Positions 52,810-62,877 are shown, counted from the first letter of the stretch. The stretch: 64,000 nt of DNA from Synechococcales cyanobacterium VAR_4_metabat_354 (GCA_031414775.1 JANOQI010000048.1:32001-96000), one strand, 5' to 3'. The notes: a model not told the origin generated them from the sequence alone. Translations and numbers: made by a program.

Positions 52810-53529
52810 ATGTCTAGCGACGAACAACTCAGTCTTTTTCAAGCAGCCAGCGCACCGCCTAGTCCGCCACCAGCCACCGAACTTGGTGCCGAAATCAGTT
52901 TCGAGCAGATTCCAACCAGTGCCGCTATCCCCATTCCTACTGGGACTTACCAAAATTTAGAGCAACTGGCAACCCACTGCACGGTCTGCCAGCGGTGTGA
53001 ATTAGGAAAAACTCGTCTTAATGCGGTGGTCGGTAGAGGTGCTGCTCAAGCGCCGATTATGATTGTGGGCGAAGGTCCTGGCCAAAATGAAGATGAACAA
53101 GGACTGCCATTTGTCGGTAGATCCGGCCAGCTGCTGGAGAGAATTTTAGCTTCTGTCGATTTTTCTACCGATCGAGAAGTCTACATTTGCAATGTGGTGC
53201 GCTGCCGTCCGCCTGGTAATCGGGTGCCAACGCCAGAGGAGATTGCCGCCTGTAAGCCTTACTTGCTGGAACAAATTCGGTTGGTCGATCCGCTGGTGAT
53301 TTTGTTAACTGGAGCCACAGCGCTCAAAGCTGTTACTGGTAGTAAGGCTAGTATTACCAAGGTGCGCGGTGAGTGGCTAGAGTGGGAGGGCCGTCTTTGT
53401 ATGCCCATTTTTCATCCGGCTTATTTGCTGCGAAATTCTTCTAAGGAAGAGGGCGCACCAAAATGGTTGACGTGGCAAGATATGAAGAAGGTACGCGCCA
53501 AAATTCAAGAGTTGCAAGAAACCAGCTAG
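52810..53529 (+). CDS. Family 4 uracil-DNA glycosylase (Fe-S)
   Basis: C..C.RC.L, GEGPG..ED..G.PFVG, NVVRCRPPGNR, FHPAYLLR. Confidence 0.93.
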   Translation: MSSDEQLSLFQAASAPPSPPPATELGAEISFEQIPTSAAIPIPTGTYQNLEQLATHCTVCQRCELGKTRLNAVVGRGAAQAPIMIVGEGPGQNEDEQGLPFVGRSGQLLERILASVDFSTDREVYICNVVRCRPPGNRVPTPEEIAACKPYLLEQIRLVDPLVILLTGATALKAVTGSKASITKVRGEWLEWEGRLCMPIFHPAYLLRNSSKEEGAPKWLTWQDMKKVRAKIQELQETS

Positions 53530-53638
53530 TACATTTCAAATATCTTGATGCTGCCATCCGCTGCTTATCTGGTAACAGCAATAGATTTTTCCGGTTTTGA
53601 GCTAGTCTTAGGGAATATATTTATTTGATTTTAAAAAT

Positions 53639-54124
53639 ATGCGTACTTGGTGGCAGCGACTCATCGCCGGAATTTGTCTAGTAGCCTTGCTCTTAGTGGT
53701 TCAACCCAACACCGCCTGGGCGTTAGCCCACGATAAACAGACCTTAGTCAAAGCCGACTTTTCCCATCAAGACCTGCGCGACTCCGACTTTAGCCAGAGC
53801 AACATGCGCGACAGCACCTTCCGCGACTCTGATCTGCGCGGCTCCCGGTTTTTTGGTACCAACCTCACCCGTGCTGACATGACCAATATCGATCTGACGG
53901 GCGGCGCTCTCGATACCGCCCGACTAACTAAGACCGACCTCACCAACGCTATTCTGGTGGGAGTCTTTATGACCAACACTAAATTTGAAGGAGCGATCAT
54001 TGATGGTGCCGATTTCACCGATGTGATGCTGCGCCGCGATCAGCAACTCACCCTTTGTAAAGTGGCTAAAGGCACCAACCCCAAAACTGGTCGTAATACC
54101 CGCGAAACGCTAGATTGTCCTTAA
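53639..54124 (+). CDS. Exported/lumenal pentapeptide repeat protein
   Basis: Signal peptide ..AWA; A(D/N)L/Fxx repeats; C-terminal LC..A.G.NP.TG..TR.TL.C. Confidence 0.92.
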   Translation: MRTWWQRLIAGICLVALLLVVQPNTAWALAHDKQTLVKADFSHQDLRDSDFSQSNMRDSTFRDSDLRGSRFFGTNLTRADMTNIDLTGGALDTARLTKTDLTNAILVGVFMTNTKFEGAIIDGADFTDVMLRRDQQLTLCKVAKGTNPKTGRNTRETLDCP

Positions 54125-54129
54125 TTTAA

Positions 54130-55410
54130 TTAATCAGCAGACCTGACCGTAACCACGCCATAGGCTGTCGGGGAAAGATGCGTCCGCACTGATTTTTGAA
54201 TCGCTGGGGCATTGATCGATCGAACATATTTAGGATAATTGATCCCGGCCTGGTAATCACCAGCTACCGCTTGATAGTAGCCATATAAGCCGCTACGAGC
54301 ACTAGGCGTTTCATTGGCAAAAATATGGCGATTGGCTACCTGACGACGCACTCGATCGATCTCCGCCTCACTAATTTCTTGGTGGTGCAAAGTTGCCACC
54401 TGTGCAATAATCCGCTGCTCCACTTCTGCTAAGTTGGCGGTGGGCAACTGCACGCTAATCGTAAACATCCCTTGCCAAGCATAGCTGCTGTTACTGACCC
54501 CAATCCCGGTCACTAGCTGCCGTTCTTCTCGTAAATCGCGCACTAACCGAGAAATACGCCCTTGACCCAACACCGCTGCCACAATATCCAAAGGATAAGT
54601 AGCATCCAAATCGTTCATGCCCGGTACTCGCCACAACAAAATCAGCCTGGTTTGCTGAATCTCTGGATCGATCGAATCATGCCGCACAATCCTATCAAAA
54701 GGAGCTTCGGGTTGAGGCAACTTATTGGCACCAGCAAACTGAGGCGAAGAATCATCATGATGGCTATGAGACATAAAGCCATCGGCCACCACATCAATTA
54801 ATTCTTGCACTGGCAAATTACCCACCGCCACCGCCGTCATCGATCGCGGCTGATAATTAGTCGCATGGAAAAAGCGCATTTGTTGATCGGTCAATGTTTC
54901 CACTACCGCTGTGGTGCCTAACACTGGTCGCCGATAGGGCAATCGCTGAAACGCCGCTGCGATCGATTTTTGATAGATGCGGTGTTGAGCATTATCGGCC
55001 GATCGATTAATTTCTTCTAAGATCACCGATTTCTCTTGGTTGAAATCCGCCTCCGTAATACTGGGATTCAGCACCACATCCATTTGCAGTGGTGCCAATT
55101 CCGCAAAGTCACGGGGCGCAGTAGTAATATAGTACTGGGTATAGTCTTGGCTAGTCGCCGCATTAGTCACCGCCCCCCGTTCTTCTACCCGCCGCTCAAA
55201 TTCACCGATTTGGAGCCGAGGAGTACCCTTAAACACCATATGCTCCAAAAAATGTGCCATGCCGTTGATGCTATCGGTCTCTAGACGGGAACCAACATTC
55301 AGCCATAGACTGAGGTTTACCGCTGCTACTGGTAATTGCTCAGCAATAATCGTCAGACCATTGGGCAAAGTATAGCAAGTCGGCTCATTGAGAGAAGTAA
55401 TAGCGGGCAT
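54130..55410 (-). CDS. M16 (pitrilysin family) zinc peptidase
   Basis: LPNGL, AHFLEHMVFKGT (HxxEH), NAATSQD, EKSVILEEI. Confidence 0.93.
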   Translation of the reverse strand: MPAITSLNEPTCYTLPNGLTIIAEQLPVAAVNLSLWLNVGSRLETDSINGMAHFLEHMVFKGTPRLQIGEFERRVEERGAVTNAATSQDYTQYYITTAPRDFAELAPLQMDVVLNPSITEADFNQEKSVILEEINRSADNAQHRIYQKSIAAAFQRLPYRRPVLGTTAVVETLTDQQMRFFHATNYQPRSMTAVAVGNLPVQELIDVVADGFMSHSHHDDSSPQFAGANKLPQPEAPFDRIVRHDSIDPEIQQTRLILLWRVPGMNDLDATYPLDIVAAVLGQGRISRLVRDLREERQLVTGIGVSNSSYAWQGMFTISVQLPTANLAEVEQRIIAQVATLHHQEISEAEIDRVRRQVANRHIFANETPSARSGLYGYYQAVAGDYQAGINYPKYVRSINAPAIQKSVRTHLSPTAYGVVTVRSAD

Positions 55411-55413
55411 AGG

Positions 55414-55689
55414 TTAAGTGGTAATGGTTGTCCAAGCGCCATAACGACGCTCATAATAATTCAAGATTTTGGTAACCTGAGACTGGTTAGCAGTAGTCAC
55501 GGCTCGACAATCGATCGATAAACCACCCACCTGACTTTGCAGATAATCGAATTCCGGCGCAGTTTGCGGAAGTAATTCTACTTCAATACCAGCCACCTGT
55601 CGCAGATGAGCGACAACTTCCAAATAGACAGCCAGCGGGAGTTGCGGGCGCTCGATCGAAAAAGTGGTAGCAGCTAAAGTCATCATCAA
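55414..55689 (-). CDS. Conserved cyanobacterial hypothetical protein
   Basis: LPLAVYLEVVAHLRQV, FDYLQSQVGGL, ILNYY..RYG. Confidence 0.75.
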   Translation of the reverse strand: MMMTLAATTFSIERPQLPLAVYLEVVAHLRQVAGIEVELLPQTAPEFDYLQSQVGGLSIDCRAVTTANQSQVTKILNYYERRYGAWTTITT

Positions 55690-55728
55690 GAATCGGAGTG
55701 CAGTCTACCCATCATAAACTGCTGCTAT

Positions 55729-55754
55729 AAAAAAAGACATACCGAAGCATGTCT
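55729..55754 (-). terminator. Intrinsic terminator after the PilP-like gene
   Basis: Minus strand AGACATGC-TTCG-GTATGTCT followed by a T run. Confidence 0.75.
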
Positions 55755-55782
55755 CATAAGTGGTTGTAATTTTTGGGTGTTT

Positions 55783-56715
55783 TTATTTAGGTGTTTCCAA
55801 AGATTCTTTGATAGCGACCATCGGCTTTTCGCCAACACGGCGCAAAACTTCAATTCCAGCTTCTTCTAGGACCACGATCGGAGCAATTGCTGTCCGATCT
55901 TGAACGCGCTTAATCAGCACCTTACCATTCAGAACCTTTTCACCAACAGAAATATAACGACTAAATGATTCACCAGGTAGCTTCACAATCACTTGGGTTT
56001 GACCATTGATCTCAGAAAACCCAGAGACTTGAATCGCCTGAGCTAATTCCGGCACAATAGCTGGCTTTACTGCGGGCGGGTTCAACAGCGCCGTTTTGAC
56101 GGGCACCAGGGGAGCTACCGCTGGAATACTACTAACCGTTGCTGTAACACCAGGTTTAACCTGGGGATTACTGGCAATAGATTTAGAAGCAATTGCTGAT
56201 TTCTTAGTCATCATGTCGGCAATACTGGCAACGCCTAAATTAGAACCCAACTTACGATTAGTAATACCCAAATTGTTACCGGATCTAACGCTAGGGTCAG
56301 ATGCCGTTGCTGGCTGAGACGTAATACTATTTGACCCGGCCGGTCTCACCGATTGCAAGGCAACTCGCTGGACAACAGGCTGGGCAATGACTGCTGCAAA
56401 AGGATCAACTCGTCCTTTAGAGACAGCCTTAGTCACAGTTTCGGTGTCTGATGCTGGAATTAGGCCAGCCGCAATATCAGCACTAAAATTAGGCTGAGAG
56501 CCAGTGTTTTTAGTCTCGACAGCTAAAGCCGTTAACGATACTGGTGGAGGGCTAGCCACGGCTAAGGGGGTGGCGCTAGGAGCCGGGACGACAGCGCTGG
56601 CAGTAGGACTGAGAGAAGCACTATTACTAGGTTTAGGCGCATCACCACCGCAACCCGAAACTAACAATGAAAGACAGCCAAAAGTAATAAAATAAGAGAG
56701 AGAGTTGGGTGACAC
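55783..56715 (-). CDS. Lipoprotein, PilP/GspC-HR-like
   Basis: Lipobox LVSG-C; Pro/Ser/Ala-rich linker with GRVDPF; C-terminal beta-rich IQVSG..VIVKLPGE..RYISVGE..GKVLIKRV. Confidence 0.6.
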   Translation of the reverse strand: MSPNSLSYFITFGCLSLLVSGCGGDAPKPSNSASLSPTASAVVPAPSATPLAVASPPPVSLTALAVETKNTGSQPNFSADIAAGLIPASDTETVTKAVSKGRVDPFAAVIAQPVVQRVALQSVRPAGSNSITSQPATASDPSVRSGNNLGITNRKLGSNLGVASIADMMTKKSAIASKSIASNPQVKPGVTATVSSIPAVAPLVPVKTALLNPPAVKPAIVPELAQAIQVSGFSEINGQTQVIVKLPGESFSRYISVGEKVLNGKVLIKRVQDRTAIAPIVVLEEAGIEVLRRVGEKPMVAIKESLETPK

Positions 56716-56746
56716 TTGCTACCGCCTGCTAGTTATAGTTGCTAAT

Positions 56747-56767
56747 CAATGATGAAATTCATCATTG
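56747..56767. promoter_or_regulatory. 10-1-10 palindrome, candidate operator
   Basis: CAATGATGAA-A-TTCATCATTG, ~30 bp upstream of the lipoprotein start. Confidence 0.45.
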
Positions 56768-56890
56768 GCAGAGAGTTCGAGAAAAGATTATTTATTTAGA
56801 GATAATTCGCATTCTATGGAGCGGCGTTTTAGATAAAACTAGCCGTTAGAGTTATTATTCCCATCGTGAACGTAACAATTATCATTGCTG

Positions 56891-57766
56891 TTAATTGTTT
56901 TCATTGAAAAAAGATTGGAGCAGACCAACACCTTTTTTGACATGTCGAGAAACAGTGATTACGCTAATGTCCATCTTCTCAGCCACTTGTTTTTGAGTTA
57001 GGTCGTAAAAGAAAACAAATTCAATAATTTGTCGGGTGTGTTGTTCCAAAGTTACTAACCCTTGCTTCAGGCGCTGCTGGTCATCTTCTGGCAGCTGAAA
57101 GCTCCGATATTGTTGATCTGGCAAAATATCCAGCATACAACAACCTTCTTCATTGCCCACTGGACAGTCCAAACTGACCGGCTGACGGTTTTGTTGAGCC
57201 ATCCGCACTTCTTGCCATTCTGTTACCGAAATTTCTAATGCTTGAGCAATTTCTTGTTCCGAGGGCAGCCGTTGGTGTTGGACTTGAAAACTTTGATTAA
57301 CGGCACTGGCTTTTTGTAAAAGCTCCGACCAGCGTCGGGGTACCCGCACGATCGAACTCTTGTCCCGGAGATAATGCTGAATTTCGCCCCGAATATAGGG
57401 CATTGCAAAGGTACTAAAAGCATATCCCTTAGCTAAATCAAACTTGTCGATCGCCGCAATTAGTCCGATCGATCCAACTTGTAGCAAGTCCTCATAACTT
57501 TCTTGGCACTGACTAGCCCAGTAGTGCGATTCCTTCCGCACTAGGCCAAGATTTAGCCGGACAATCTGCTCCCGCAAAGATGAACGACCAGACTGCCGAT
57601 AAGCCCTCAATAGTTCTAGTGTTTGTTGCTTAATTTCTCCGGAGGACTCTGCTTTAGATTCTTTGGCTGGTGACCGGTCGAGGCCAGCTGTCGCAAAGCG
57701 AGCTGGTTGCTTCTCTAGCAAAGAAGTCGCACCAACGGTGTCTGGATACGCCAATGTATTGATCAT
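56891..57766 (-). CDS. sigF: Group 3 RNA polymerase sigma factor SigF
   Basis: NLGLVRKESHYW..QC.ESYEDLLQVG, FAMPYIRGEIQHYLRDK, region 4 DLTQKQVA..TVSR. Confidence 0.88.
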   Translation of the reverse strand: MINTLAYPDTVGATSLLEKQPARFATAGLDRSPAKESKAESSGEIKQQTLELLRAYRQSGRSSLREQIVRLNLGLVRKESHYWASQCQESYEDLLQVGSIGLIAAIDKFDLAKGYAFSTFAMPYIRGEIQHYLRDKSSIVRVPRRWSELLQKASAVNQSFQVQHQRLPSEQEIAQALEISVTEWQEVRMAQQNRQPVSLDCPVGNEEGCCMLDILPDQQYRSFQLPEDDQQRLKQGLVTLEQHTRQIIEFVFFYDLTQKQVAEKMDISVITVSRHVKKGVGLLQSFFNENN

Positions 57767-57988
57767 TAACTGCTTACAATCCCTAAATTAATTGAGATAC
57801 TTCGGTATCTCTAAAGTTAAAATTCACGAAAATCATCTAAAAAATTCTTGGCCGCACCTTTTTCAAACATTCCCAAGTCATTATTAATAATCAAATATTG
57901 ATTGATAAAACTGTCATTATTCAGTAGATTTACTGATAACTAGGCGACTGGTAATCACCCGGCATTGACCATATTGTCGGGCTTGCAT

Positions 57989-58011
57989 AAAAAAACGGCC
58001 GTGATGGCCGT
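57989..58011 (-). terminator. Intrinsic terminator after the lipase gene
   Basis: Minus strand ACGGCC-ATCAC-GGCCGT-TTTTTT. Confidence 0.7.
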
Positions 58012-58061
58012 AGAGTGTTTTTGATGATTTTGATCACTGACTTTTTGATTTGGGGTTATTT

Positions 58062-58655
58062 CTAAGTGTTAATACCCAATGCTGTTAGCACTGCTGTAAT
58101 ACTGCGTTGATCTTTCACCATCCAGGGATGAATCGCAACTGGCAGTTGGACTTCTTTTCCTACGCCTAGCTGCGAACTAGCCGGCGGCAGAATAATTAGA
58201 TCAAAAGGAGTCCAAATTGAGGTGAATTTGACTTGAGCCAGTATTTGCACATCCTGCTGGAGATCTTGGATAAAAGCACTATCTGGACGCATCTGGACAC
58301 AACCAGGTCTTTGGGTGAAGTAAGCCGCTAGCGTTCCTTGATGGGGAGTGGCAATGGTAACGTAATGTTCGACTCGCTCGACTCCACCCAAGCGCTGCAT
58401 ATAGTATCGTGTCACCAGCCCGCCCATACTAAAACCAATCAAATCGAATTTTTGGGGAGCTGGAATATGATCATCAATAAATTCTTGCAGCTGGCTAGCC
58501 GATACTTCCAGCAGGGCAGTACCATCGTTGGGCCTTAGATCAATGCTATGGACTGGTCGGCCTAAACTACGCAGGCAGTTAGTGATCGATCGAAGTTTAG
58601 CGCTGGTATCATTGATGCCATGCACCAAGACAACCGGATTAATAGCGTTAGACAT
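58062..58655 (-). CDS. Lipase-like alpha/beta hydrolase
   Basis: PVVLVHG, GFSMGG nucleophile elbow, TPHQGT, WTPFDL, HPWM. Confidence 0.9.
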   Translation of the reverse strand: MSNAINPVVLVHGINDTSAKLRSITNCLRSLGRPVHSIDLRPNDGTALLEVSASQLQEFIDDHIPAPQKFDLIGFSMGGLVTRYYMQRLGGVERVEHYVTIATPHQGTLAAYFTQRPGCVQMRPDSAFIQDLQQDVQILAQVKFTSIWTPFDLIILPPASSQLGVGKEVQLPVAIHPWMVKDQRSITAVLTALGINT

Positions 58656-58846
58656 TGTGCAAAAGCCTAGTCAGTACCTTAAATAAAATCATAAGATCGA
58701 TCGAACACCATTTTTAAGTAGATCTACTACCATTATGAACTTTTGTAAAAGTTTGGGAGGGCAACTTGCCACCCACTCCCAGCGCCACTGATAATTCAGT
58801 TGCATAAGGATGACTAGGCCACCTATCTAAAAATTAATTAATCAAT

Positions 58847-59320
58847 ATGTTTAAAAGATTATTCGGTAAGAAAAACGATGGCTTCTACATGCAAGCTGAC
58901 GAGTCCAAAGCTCCAGCTTCAGTAGAGAAAGTAGCAGTAGCTCCCAAAGCGACAGCTCCAGCGGCAGAAAAAAAAGTAGAAAAAGTAGCAGATGAAGCTC
59001 CCGTAGAAACGAAAGCGGCACCCGTTGCGGAAAAGGCTGAAACAGCAGCGGAAGAGTCACCGAAAGCTACCAAAACATCCATTAAAGATAAAAAGAAAGC
59101 AAAAGGCGAAAAGAAGGCAAATCCAACTGTCGAACTAGTCGCGATCGAAACCGTAGCAGCTTCAGAGCCAGCCATTACTAATTTTGCAACCGACTATCTG
59201 ATCAAGCCCTCCAGCAACAGCAACCGGCGCCGGCCAGGAGCCAACATGAAACAATTTATGGATATGGCGAGACAGGTTGAAATCAAGAAAAGTCCTGGCC
59301 AACGCGCCAAGAATAACTAG
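58847..59320 (+). CDS. Low-complexity Ala/Lys/Glu-rich hypothetical protein
   Basis: Open 157-aa frame; C-terminal RRRPGANM..F.DMAR motif. Confidence 0.75.
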   Translation: MFKRLFGKKNDGFYMQADESKAPASVEKVAVAPKATAPAAEKKVEKVADEAPVETKAAPVAEKAETAAEESPKATKTSIKDKKKAKGEKKANPTVELVAIETVAASEPAITNFATDYLIKPSSNSNRRRPGANMKQFMDMARQVEIKKSPGQRAKNN

Positions 59321-60141
59321 TTTAAATTGCTAAACCTATTATTAATCTGCTCTTTAATAAATACCAAACTACTGTACATCTGAAAAGCTTGATCCCATAA
59401 GCTATTGTCCCGCCGCCTTAACGGCACATGTGCCGTAATTTTTCGCAGCATTTCCGGATAAGCCAGCGCCGTCTCCGCAAAAGGAGTAAAATCACTCCAG
59501 ATTTTGGCCTGGCTTTTTTTTACGTGAATCTGGCTCAGTAGATGCTGCCAATTTTCTCGACTAGTAAGAGACACCAGTCTGTCACCTACATTTTTTTGAA
59601 AAGAATAGTTTTGGTTGCAGAACCGCAAAATTAAATTTTTACCAGGAATGTGTAGATCGCACATTTGGACATAATCTAGAACTTGCGATTTATGGCGAAT
59701 ATTGGTGTGAGTAGTACTAGCACTAACCTCTGTGATTTCTTCAAAAATTGGGAGTAGACCGGTCACAATTTGATTGACTTCAGACCAGGCAAAACCCATC
59801 CGCAATTCTTCACCATGTTCACTCGCACAGTTGAAAATAGCCTGGGGTCCAAATTCTTCAATTAGTTTGACGCTAACCACTGTCATCTTTTGTAATGAGC
59901 TGAGCGCTACACAAAAACTGGGAATGTATGCCTGTTGTAATTGCTGATGATAAAAATTCAATTCCTCCATATTGCCGAGGCGATACAGTCGCCAGCCGCG
60001 ACTAGGTAGATGAAGACGGGCGGTATAAGCGTCTAGCTGCATGATCTGTGCTAGTTGTTTAGCCATTGCTGGTTTTTCTTCGGCACTAACTGGTTCCAAA
60101 ATCAGCAACCCTGGCTCATCACCACCAGTTTGTTCAAACAT
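59317..60141 (-). CDS. Conserved cyanobacterial hypothetical protein
   Basis: GLLILEP, IMQLDAYTARLHLPSRGWRLYR, GLLPIFE, LWDQAFQ.YS. Confidence 0.7.
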   Translation of the reverse strand: MFEQTGGDEPGLLILEPVSAEEKPAMAKQLAQIMQLDAYTARLHLPSRGWRLYRLGNMEELNFYHQQLQQAYIPSFCVALSSLQKMTVVSVKLIEEFGPQAIFNCASEHGEELRMGFAWSEVNQIVTGLLPIFEEITEVSASTTHTNIRHKSQVLDYVQMCDLHIPGKNLILRFCNQNYSFQKNVGDRLVSLTSRENWQHLLSQIHVKKSQAKIWSDFTPFAETALAYPEMLRKITAHVPLRRRDNSLWDQAFQMYSSLVFIKEQINNRFSNLN

Positions 60142-60268
60142 ACATCTACTAAATATATACAGCCTTACAAATCAATACTTCCCAAAAACTATTTGTGACT
60201 AACTCTCCTCCAAAAAAACTGTGTTAGCATCAAGCCAAAGCATCATAATTCAAGGTCACAATCCCTCT

Positions 60269-60766
60269 ATGAGTAAGGTTTTAGTGTTAAATGCTTCATA
60301 CGAACCATTAAATATTACTAGTTGGCGGCGAGCAGTAATTTTAATGCTCAAAGATAAAGCCGAAGGATTAGAACATCATGGCAAATATTTGCTGGCGGAC
60401 TTGCCCCTACCGACAGTCATTAGGCTCCGTCACTATGTCAATATCCCATATCAAGAGATTCCGCTGTCTCGCAAAAATGTCCTGAATCGCGATCGACATT
60501 GTTGTCAGTACTGCCGCTACAGTGGTGCCGCCCTAACGATCGATCACATCGTCCCTCGATCGCGCGGCGGCCTAGACAGTTGGGAAAATTTGGCCACTGC
60601 TTGCATGCGTTGCAATGTCCGTAAGGGTAACCGGACCCCACGGGAAGCGGGAATGGAGCTGCTAACCTCTCCCCGTCAGCCATACAGTAGTTTATATTTT
60701 GAACTTACCAAGCAAATCGAAAACGGTAAACACATAGAGTGGCAAAAATATGTGATCGGGGCTTAA
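60269..60766 (+). CDS. HNH endonuclease
   Basis: VLVLNASYEPL, RD..CQYC, TIDHIVPRSRGG, WENL..AC..CN..KG. Confidence 0.92.
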   Translation: MSKVLVLNASYEPLNITSWRRAVILMLKDKAEGLEHHGKYLLADLPLPTVIRLRHYVNIPYQEIPLSRKNVLNRDRHCCQYCRYSGAALTIDHIVPRSRGGLDSWENLATACMRCNVRKGNRTPREAGMELLTSPRQPYSSLYFELTKQIENGKHIEWQKYVIGA

Positions 60767-61075
60767 CAAAAAGCTGAAGTATTCAAAATATTTCAGTATG
60801 CTTTTCCGTATTTCTGGGGATTGCGAATTGAGAAACATTTAGGTAGCATGGACGCAGATAAATCAATCACCGTCATGAATAATATTTGACTAATGATAAA
60901 GTATTAGATCGTAATGGCCGAACTGTGTTTTATAGCAATCCGTTAACAGAATTGATAAAATATCAGTGATGTTGGACGTTGATTGTAAATCACAGCAGAA
61001 TCTCAAAATTCACTTTGTATTTACTCCTGTTGCTAAATAATAATGGCTCCAGAGTACTTAACATAGCAAAACACC

Positions 61076-62374
61076 TTGGATAAAATGTCATTAAACTCAG
61101 TTCATTCCACGTATGGTGCATCGGCGATTGCTGCTCCGCTTCCTCTGGGTAACTTGTCAGAATTACATGAACTAGCTGGTCAAGATCCAACTCCACGCAA
61201 TCTAGAAACAGCTGACGGCGAAGTTGCCGCAGTGACAACTCTTAAACACACTGCTGAGCCATCTTTGATCGAAGTAATGGATAGTCGAATTGTGGGCTTC
61301 CGAGCTTGTTTGGAAAAGCATCGCGGTGAACGACAACTGGTACTGCTCCAAGATTTCCCCGATCCTGATGCTCTGTCTGGGTCTTGGGCTTACCAACTAA
61401 TTGCTAAGCAATACAATATTCAGTGTGACTTGGTATACGCTGGAACGCTCAGTCATCAAGAAAATATTGCACTGGTCAAATTAACTGGTTTACCAGCCAA
61501 GCGCTGGCCACTCAGTAGCATTAAAGAAAAAGACCTATCTGTTTATCAAGGCTGTGTCTTGATCGATAATCAGGGCACCACTTGCCAACTGTTGGAACTG
61601 ATTCAACAAGCGGGCATTCCGATTACGGTGATTATCGATCATCACAGTCAGCAAGATGAGTTGTCAGCAGAGTTTACCGATATCCGGCCTTCTACTCGGG
61701 CAACGGCTACGATTCTTACCCAGTACATAGAGGCTGGCTTACTCAAGCTAGACAGCAGTATCAGCGACCATGTGAAGTGTGCTACGGCCTTGATGCATGG
61801 GTTGCGATCGGACACTAACCGACTAATGCAAGCTCAAGAAGAAGACTTTCGAGCGGCTGGTTATTTGAGTCGCTTCTATGATTCCCAGCTACTCAATGCC
61901 GTGCTGCAAGTCTATCGTTCCAAACGGGTCATGGAAGTCATTCAGAAATCGCTTACTAACCGGGTGCTACTCAATAATTTCTCCATCGCTGGTGTCGGCT
62001 ACCTACGTTATGACGATCGGGATGCCATTCCCCAAGCTGCGGACTTTTTGGTCACCGAAGAAAATGTGCACACAGCGGTGGTCTATGGCATTGTTCACGA
62101 CGATGAAGGTGAAATGGAGATCATCATCGGTTCCCTCCGCACTTCCAAGCTCACCCTGGATCCAGACGAATTCATTAAAGAAGCCTTTGGTCGCGATTGC
62201 CAAGGTCGGTTCTTTGGTGGCGGTCGGTTTACCGCCGGCGGCTTTGAAATCCCCGCTGGTTTCTTAGGTGGCTTTAACGAAAACTCAGATTTCGCCAGAA
62301 TGAAGTGGGAAGTTTTTGACAATCAAGTCAAGCAAAAATTGGGTAAACTGGTGAATCCCACCGATCATATTTAA
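61076..62374 (+). CDS. DHH family phosphoesterase (NrnA-like)
   Basis: PDPDAL, LIDNQ, IIDHH, LRSDT, GSLRT, FGGGR. Confidence 0.9.
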   Translation: MDKMSLNSVHSTYGASAIAAPLPLGNLSELHELAGQDPTPRNLETADGEVAAVTTLKHTAEPSLIEVMDSRIVGFRACLEKHRGERQLVLLQDFPDPDALSGSWAYQLIAKQYNIQCDLVYAGTLSHQENIALVKLTGLPAKRWPLSSIKEKDLSVYQGCVLIDNQGTTCQLLELIQQAGIPITVIIDHHSQQDELSAEFTDIRPSTRATATILTQYIEAGLLKLDSSISDHVKCATALMHGLRSDTNRLMQAQEEDFRAAGYLSRFYDSQLLNAVLQVYRSKRVMEVIQKSLTNRVLLNNFSIAGVGYLRYDDRDAIPQAADFLVTEENVHTAVVYGIVHDDEGEMEIIIGSLRTSKLTLDPDEFIKEAFGRDCQGRFFGGGRFTAGGFEIPAGFLGGFNENSDFARMKWEVFDNQVKQKLGKLVNPTDHI

Positions 62375-62379
62375 AGATT

Positions 62380-62877
62380 ATGGAAATATATCTGATTCGT
62401 CACGGGATTGCCGTCGAAGCGGAAACCACAATCAGTGACGACGATCGTTGGTTGACCAAACGAGGTGAAAAAAAAGTTCGGCAAGTTGCAGCTAGTCTGC
62501 GTAGTCTAGATTTAGAATTCGACATAATTCTCTCTAGCCCGTTGGTGCGATCCCAAAAAACAGCTGAGCTGCTAGTCAGTAAAGGCTTAAGCGAAACCTT
62601 AGAGCTTTATCCCGACCTATCACCAACTGGCAACCTAGACCATTGCATCCAGTGGCTCCAAGATTATCAGTTTCGACATCCTCTATCACAAAGTGTTGCC
62701 CTAGTTGGTCACGAGCCAAATTTAAGTAATTTAGCGGAGATGCTTTTATTTGATCAGATCTTTCAGCGCATTAAACTCAAAAAGGCTGGAATAATTGCTC
62801 TGCACTGGCCAGGAACAACTTCACCACTTAGCAACTGTCAGCTCAACTGGCTGATACCGCCCAAACTCTGGCTTTAG
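62380..62877 (+). CDS. sixA: Phosphohistidine phosphatase SixA
   Basis: YLIRHGIA, R.LT..G, SSPLVRS.KTA, LVGHEP. Confidence 0.93.
   Translation: MEIYLIRHGIAVEAETTISDDDRWLTKRGEKKVRQVAASLRSLDLEFDIILSSPLVRSQKTAELLVSKGLSETLELYPDLSPTGNLDHCIQWLQDYQFRHPLSQSVALVGHEPNLSNLAEMLLFDQIFQRIKLKKAGIIALHWPGTTSPLSNCQLNWLIPPKLWL

Noticed and set aside
60269..60766. HNH gene as a mobile homing endonuclease or defence nuclease
   Set aside because: It matches the widespread VLVLNASYEPL-type HNH family, with no intron, intein, methylase or repeat context
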